NCBI RefSeq assembly: GCF_006345805.1
Contig: NC_043001.1
Span: 62,620,001-62,684,000 of the forward strand
DNA: 64,000 nt
Direction: 5' to 3'
From: Octopus sinensis
Lineage: Eukaryota
In this document: piece by piece, positions 60,469 through 64,000 of the stretch
Layout of the letters: the number at the start of each line of letters is the position of its first letter
Numbering within the stretch: position 1 is the first letter of the stretch
Notes under the pieces: model-generated
The model's database searches: none
Seen by the model: the letters and a program-made list of their open reading frames with translations, nothing else
What the model was told of the DNA's origin: nothing
Program-made: the position numbers and the translations under genes

Positions 60469-61070
60469 CTGAAATAGAAACTGGCCTTAGTTTTATCTCA
60501 TAAATAAAAATTCATGTTAATCCACATTTCCCTGCTTACTAGTCAAACAACCAGTTTCAGTCTTTGTTATGTTTTCCAATGTCTATAATAGATGAATCAA
60601 ATGCAGAAAGAAAATAAGAATTTAAATTGAAGAGTATACTCCAAAAACTAATAAGATTTGGAATATATATGTATTTTGGGTCATCTTACAAATAATGTGG
60701 TTCTTTTATACTTCTATTATATTTCAAAATTAAGATGAAGTTCTTTTTTAATCTAAAATATACTCTCCATTTTCTACGATGCTCTTCCATATCTATCTAG
60801 TAGACTTGCAAGGCTCCTCTTCCAAAATTCACTTGTTTGTAATGAAAAATACTTCCCCCACCCCAGTACTTTTCTGACCTCGTCTACAAAATTCATATTC
60901 TTTCTGTCCAAATGATTTTGAAGATTTAGGGACCCAGACTGACAAATGCTAGATCAATGGCTAACTAAATACTTCTGCTGTAGATGAGCTCACTAAGAAT
61001 ATGGCATCAGTAGTACCTCTTCCAGGCATAAAGTGGAACTGAAACTCATCTCAGTTCATTTTGTTCTTAA

Positions 61071-63991
61071 CCCTTTCGTTACTAACCTGGCCGTAACCGT
61101 CCAAAAAATTTTTTGGTTCATAATACAACCAGGCCGAGAGAACCTATTGTTATTTAAATGTAAATTTGAACCCAAATCTTGGTGGTACATTCATTAAAAC
61201 ACGTGATTTCACTTTGTAAATAGTTGGGTTATAGTATACGACATTGCTTGACGTGATATCTCAACTCAGTGAATTTTGGGAGCTTTTTTTCCACATTTTT
61301 TTCGGCATCGATTTTTCTTCAACTTTGAAAATGGATAGGAGTTTCATGTTATCAAGTTGATTCCGAATTAAAAGCTTTTCAACGGAAAATAGGGAGATAT
61401 TGAGAAAAAGAATGCATGAGGTACAAAAGCACGTGGTGTACAATAATGAATAGGATATTTCTTTATCCGAAACTGAAAGCAGCGATTCCGAAGAAACAAA
61501 GCGGCGATAGCGACAGCAAAGACAATTTTACATCAAAATGAAGTAAAAAACTTTAAAAATGTTTTTATTAGCAATTTTTCTGAGGAGATAGAGTTTATCT
61601 ACAGTCTTTCTTAGGCAGCGAAACCATTAGACTTTTACTTTTTTCAGTATGCTTGTTTGAAGCGATTACTGCAGAAACAAACTGTCATGCAGAATGTAAA
61701 CAAACACAAAATAGGGGATCAAAGTTCAGAAAATTTGTGAAGCAAATACTGGGTACTGCTGTGGATTTAGTTTTTATACAGGGAAAATAATGTTAGTCAG
61801 CATGGCCTAGTGAACGATGTGGTCTGGAATTTATCACTTCCATACCATAACCAGGGCCGAATATTATTTTTTGACCGATTTCTTTAGTTCGGTCAAACTT
61901 GCGGTGGATTCCAGTATTTCAGTTTATTCCACCTTTATGGTACACCTGTTCTGTTGTGCATTAAATTCAACTGATGATCTAGTGATGTGCACAATTCTTC
62001 TTTATCAAAATTTTGTTGCATACCCAATTGAATATTAGCTGATGATTCATTTTCTATGATGATGTTTAACCCTTTAGTGTTCAAACCGGCCGTAACCGGC
62101 CAGAATTAATTCCCCTTAATTCAAACCGGCCAAATCCAGCCATAAACAACCACTCTACGAAATCGCTAAAAAAATAAACAAATCATGTTATTAAATTTTC
62201 ATAGCTTTGAGATAATGTGAGATGAAGCCTTTCCCGCCTTTATTCAAGTATAAATACTGTGAAATTGTTTCGACCACATGGTTATTTCCATGAGTCTGAT
62301 ATTGATATCAGTGATTACTCGTCGGACGAAGATTTCGATAACGAAAGTGAAGAAAATGAAAGTCATGAAAACGATAGTGTAAACAAGGCAACATGGTCGA
62401 GAATTATGACACCAGTCACAATTTCTGATTTTACAGAAAACACTGGTCCACAACATAATTTACCTCCTGATGCTCAACCACTGGATTATCTATTTTTATT
62501 TTTGCAAATGTTGCAGAGCAAACGAACAAATATGTGCAACATTTAATTTCTGTTCGTGGAAGACAGATTTTATTTCTGTCTTCTAACGAACAAACTGGTG
62601 TTGGGGCTGAGGGGAAACCCCTCGTGAATATTTGCTACAACAAATATATGGGAAGAAATGGTGGAGGTACATTTTGTGGTTTTTAGTTAATTTAACTATA
62701 GTAAATACACATTGTATACGTAAAAAGCCACAAAGTACCTCTGCCACCGAAAGACTACGACCACTTGAAATTTTGGGTTGACATTGCATCTCAGTTACGT
62801 GAAGGGTTTTCTTCTAGAAGCACAGAACTGGGAGAAAAGCAAAATTAACTGAGGTGGATGTCAACAGAGAAAATATTGACACTTTCATCAAATGGAAAAA
62901 ATAAATGGAAGGAACAAAGTGTGCAGACTGTGTTCGCAGCAAAAAAGAAAAACTGCAAAAGGGTACCAGATCGAGACTTCATACATGTGTTTGTTTTGCC
63001 AAGTGCCCTTGAGTAAAAGGTGCTTTGGACAATTTCACGACAGAAATATGCCATAAATGTATAATTTTGCATATTCCTTTTAATTTTATAATATAATATG
63101 TGAAAGTGAGAACTACATATTAATTTTCAGTATGTTACACACCTGGTATCACCTATGTCTTACCTGTTAATGAGATTTTTTTTATTAGATGCATTCTGTT
63201 ACGTGAATGAATTCATTAAATTGTATAAGAGTGCAAAGCCAATGGTATATTGACTAGTAAAAGAGTTTTGTACTTTCTTTTCAATGATGTTTGAATGAAA
63301 TATAGAAAAAGAGTAAAATCTTGTACCGATTACACCTGTATTTTAATTAATTCAAATTAATGTACCTCATCTTGAAAAAAGTAAAATTGTTGGCCGCTAA
63401 CATCTGGGATAATTTTAGCAGCAAACCAAACAGGTAAGATGTATTAAGAATATGAATTTTAGTGTTTATTCATAATGTTATTGTTTTTACACCTGTTAAT
63501 TAAATTTACCTGCCCATAAAAGTCAAATTTAGTGAGAAAGACCAGCTAAAATTATGTAATTATAAACCACTGGCATATAAGCACCCATTTACAAAGTTTC
63601 AAAGCTGTATGTAGAAAATTAACAAAGTTACAAGTAAATATTGTGGACACCCCACTTGAACCTGAATAAATCAAAATTAATCTGAACAGATAAGCATTAC
63701 ATTTGACAAATTAATCTGAACACTAAAGGGTTAAACAATATTTTTATATTTTTACCTTTTGCTCAATTTACCTGGATTTACCTGTAATTATAGTCATTTT
63801 GAGACAAAAGTTATGCAATAGAATTGATTAAGAACCCTTTCTTTAATTATGTTCCAAATATCACATTAATATGTTGATAAGTAAAAAAGTTACAGTTATT
63901 TAATGAAACAAGCCTAAATTCATGATTATTTTAGAATTTAATTGAAACTCATGAGGGGTGTATTTTGGTTAGAAATATAGTAACAAATGGG
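61071..63991. mobile_element. Outer piggyBac-like non-autonomous element
   Basis: TTAA|CCCTTTCGTTAC .. GTAACAAATGGG|TTAA (10/12 inverted match, TTAA on both sides). Confidence 0.65.
62070..63730 (+). mobile_element. Inner piggyBac, internally deleted, perfect 14-bp TIRs
   Basis: TTAA|CCCTTTAGTGTTCA .. TGAACACTAAAGGG|TTAA; acidic N-terminus and DFTENTGP..PLDYLFLF, then KKWWRY-type and Cys-rich C-terminal remnants; catalytic DDD core missing. Confidence 0.85.
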
Positions 63992-64000
63992 TTAAGTGTG

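Noticed and set aside
60469-64000. Upstream SNRNP70 exon (expected ..GDAFKTLFVAR..)
   Set aside because: Not found by eye; probably beyond the right edge

Overview
AT-rich eukaryotic genomic DNA, densely packed with (TA)n/(CA)n microsatellites and transposons. The repeat repertoire (RTE LINEs with (ATG)n tails, tRNA-type SINEs, Penelope-like elements) looks like a coleoid cephalopod such as Octopus; this is an inference, not a database result. Bases 1-48,000 are almost all mobile DNA: a near-complete Penelope-like element with a minimal hammerhead ribozyme, several RTE LINEs with a PHD-type finger inserted in ORF2, a CR1-clade LINE with an intact 1034-aa ORF2 and a CCCH-finger ORF1 remnant, a non-autonomous Helitron, two TGTTA..TAACA solo-LTR-like elements, a Gypsy element (31,505-40,020) with a second LTR element nested in its 5' LTR, and a Tigger fossil. 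Bases 49,161-60,468 hold six 3' coding exons of SNRNP70 (U1-70K) on the minus strand, followed by a piggyBac nested in a piggyBac-like element. The most interesting signal is the SNRNP70 intron between the 82-nt and 102-nt exons (51,023-54,668), the position of the vertebrate poison exon 7a. It has no recognisable repeats, carries at least 8 G|GTAAG U1-binding motifs (5 are G|GTAAGT, two of them in tandem) and two candidate stop-introducing cassette exons. This points to a U1 snRNP-sensing, NMD-coupled autoregulatory switch. Element boundaries and motif counts were read by eye.
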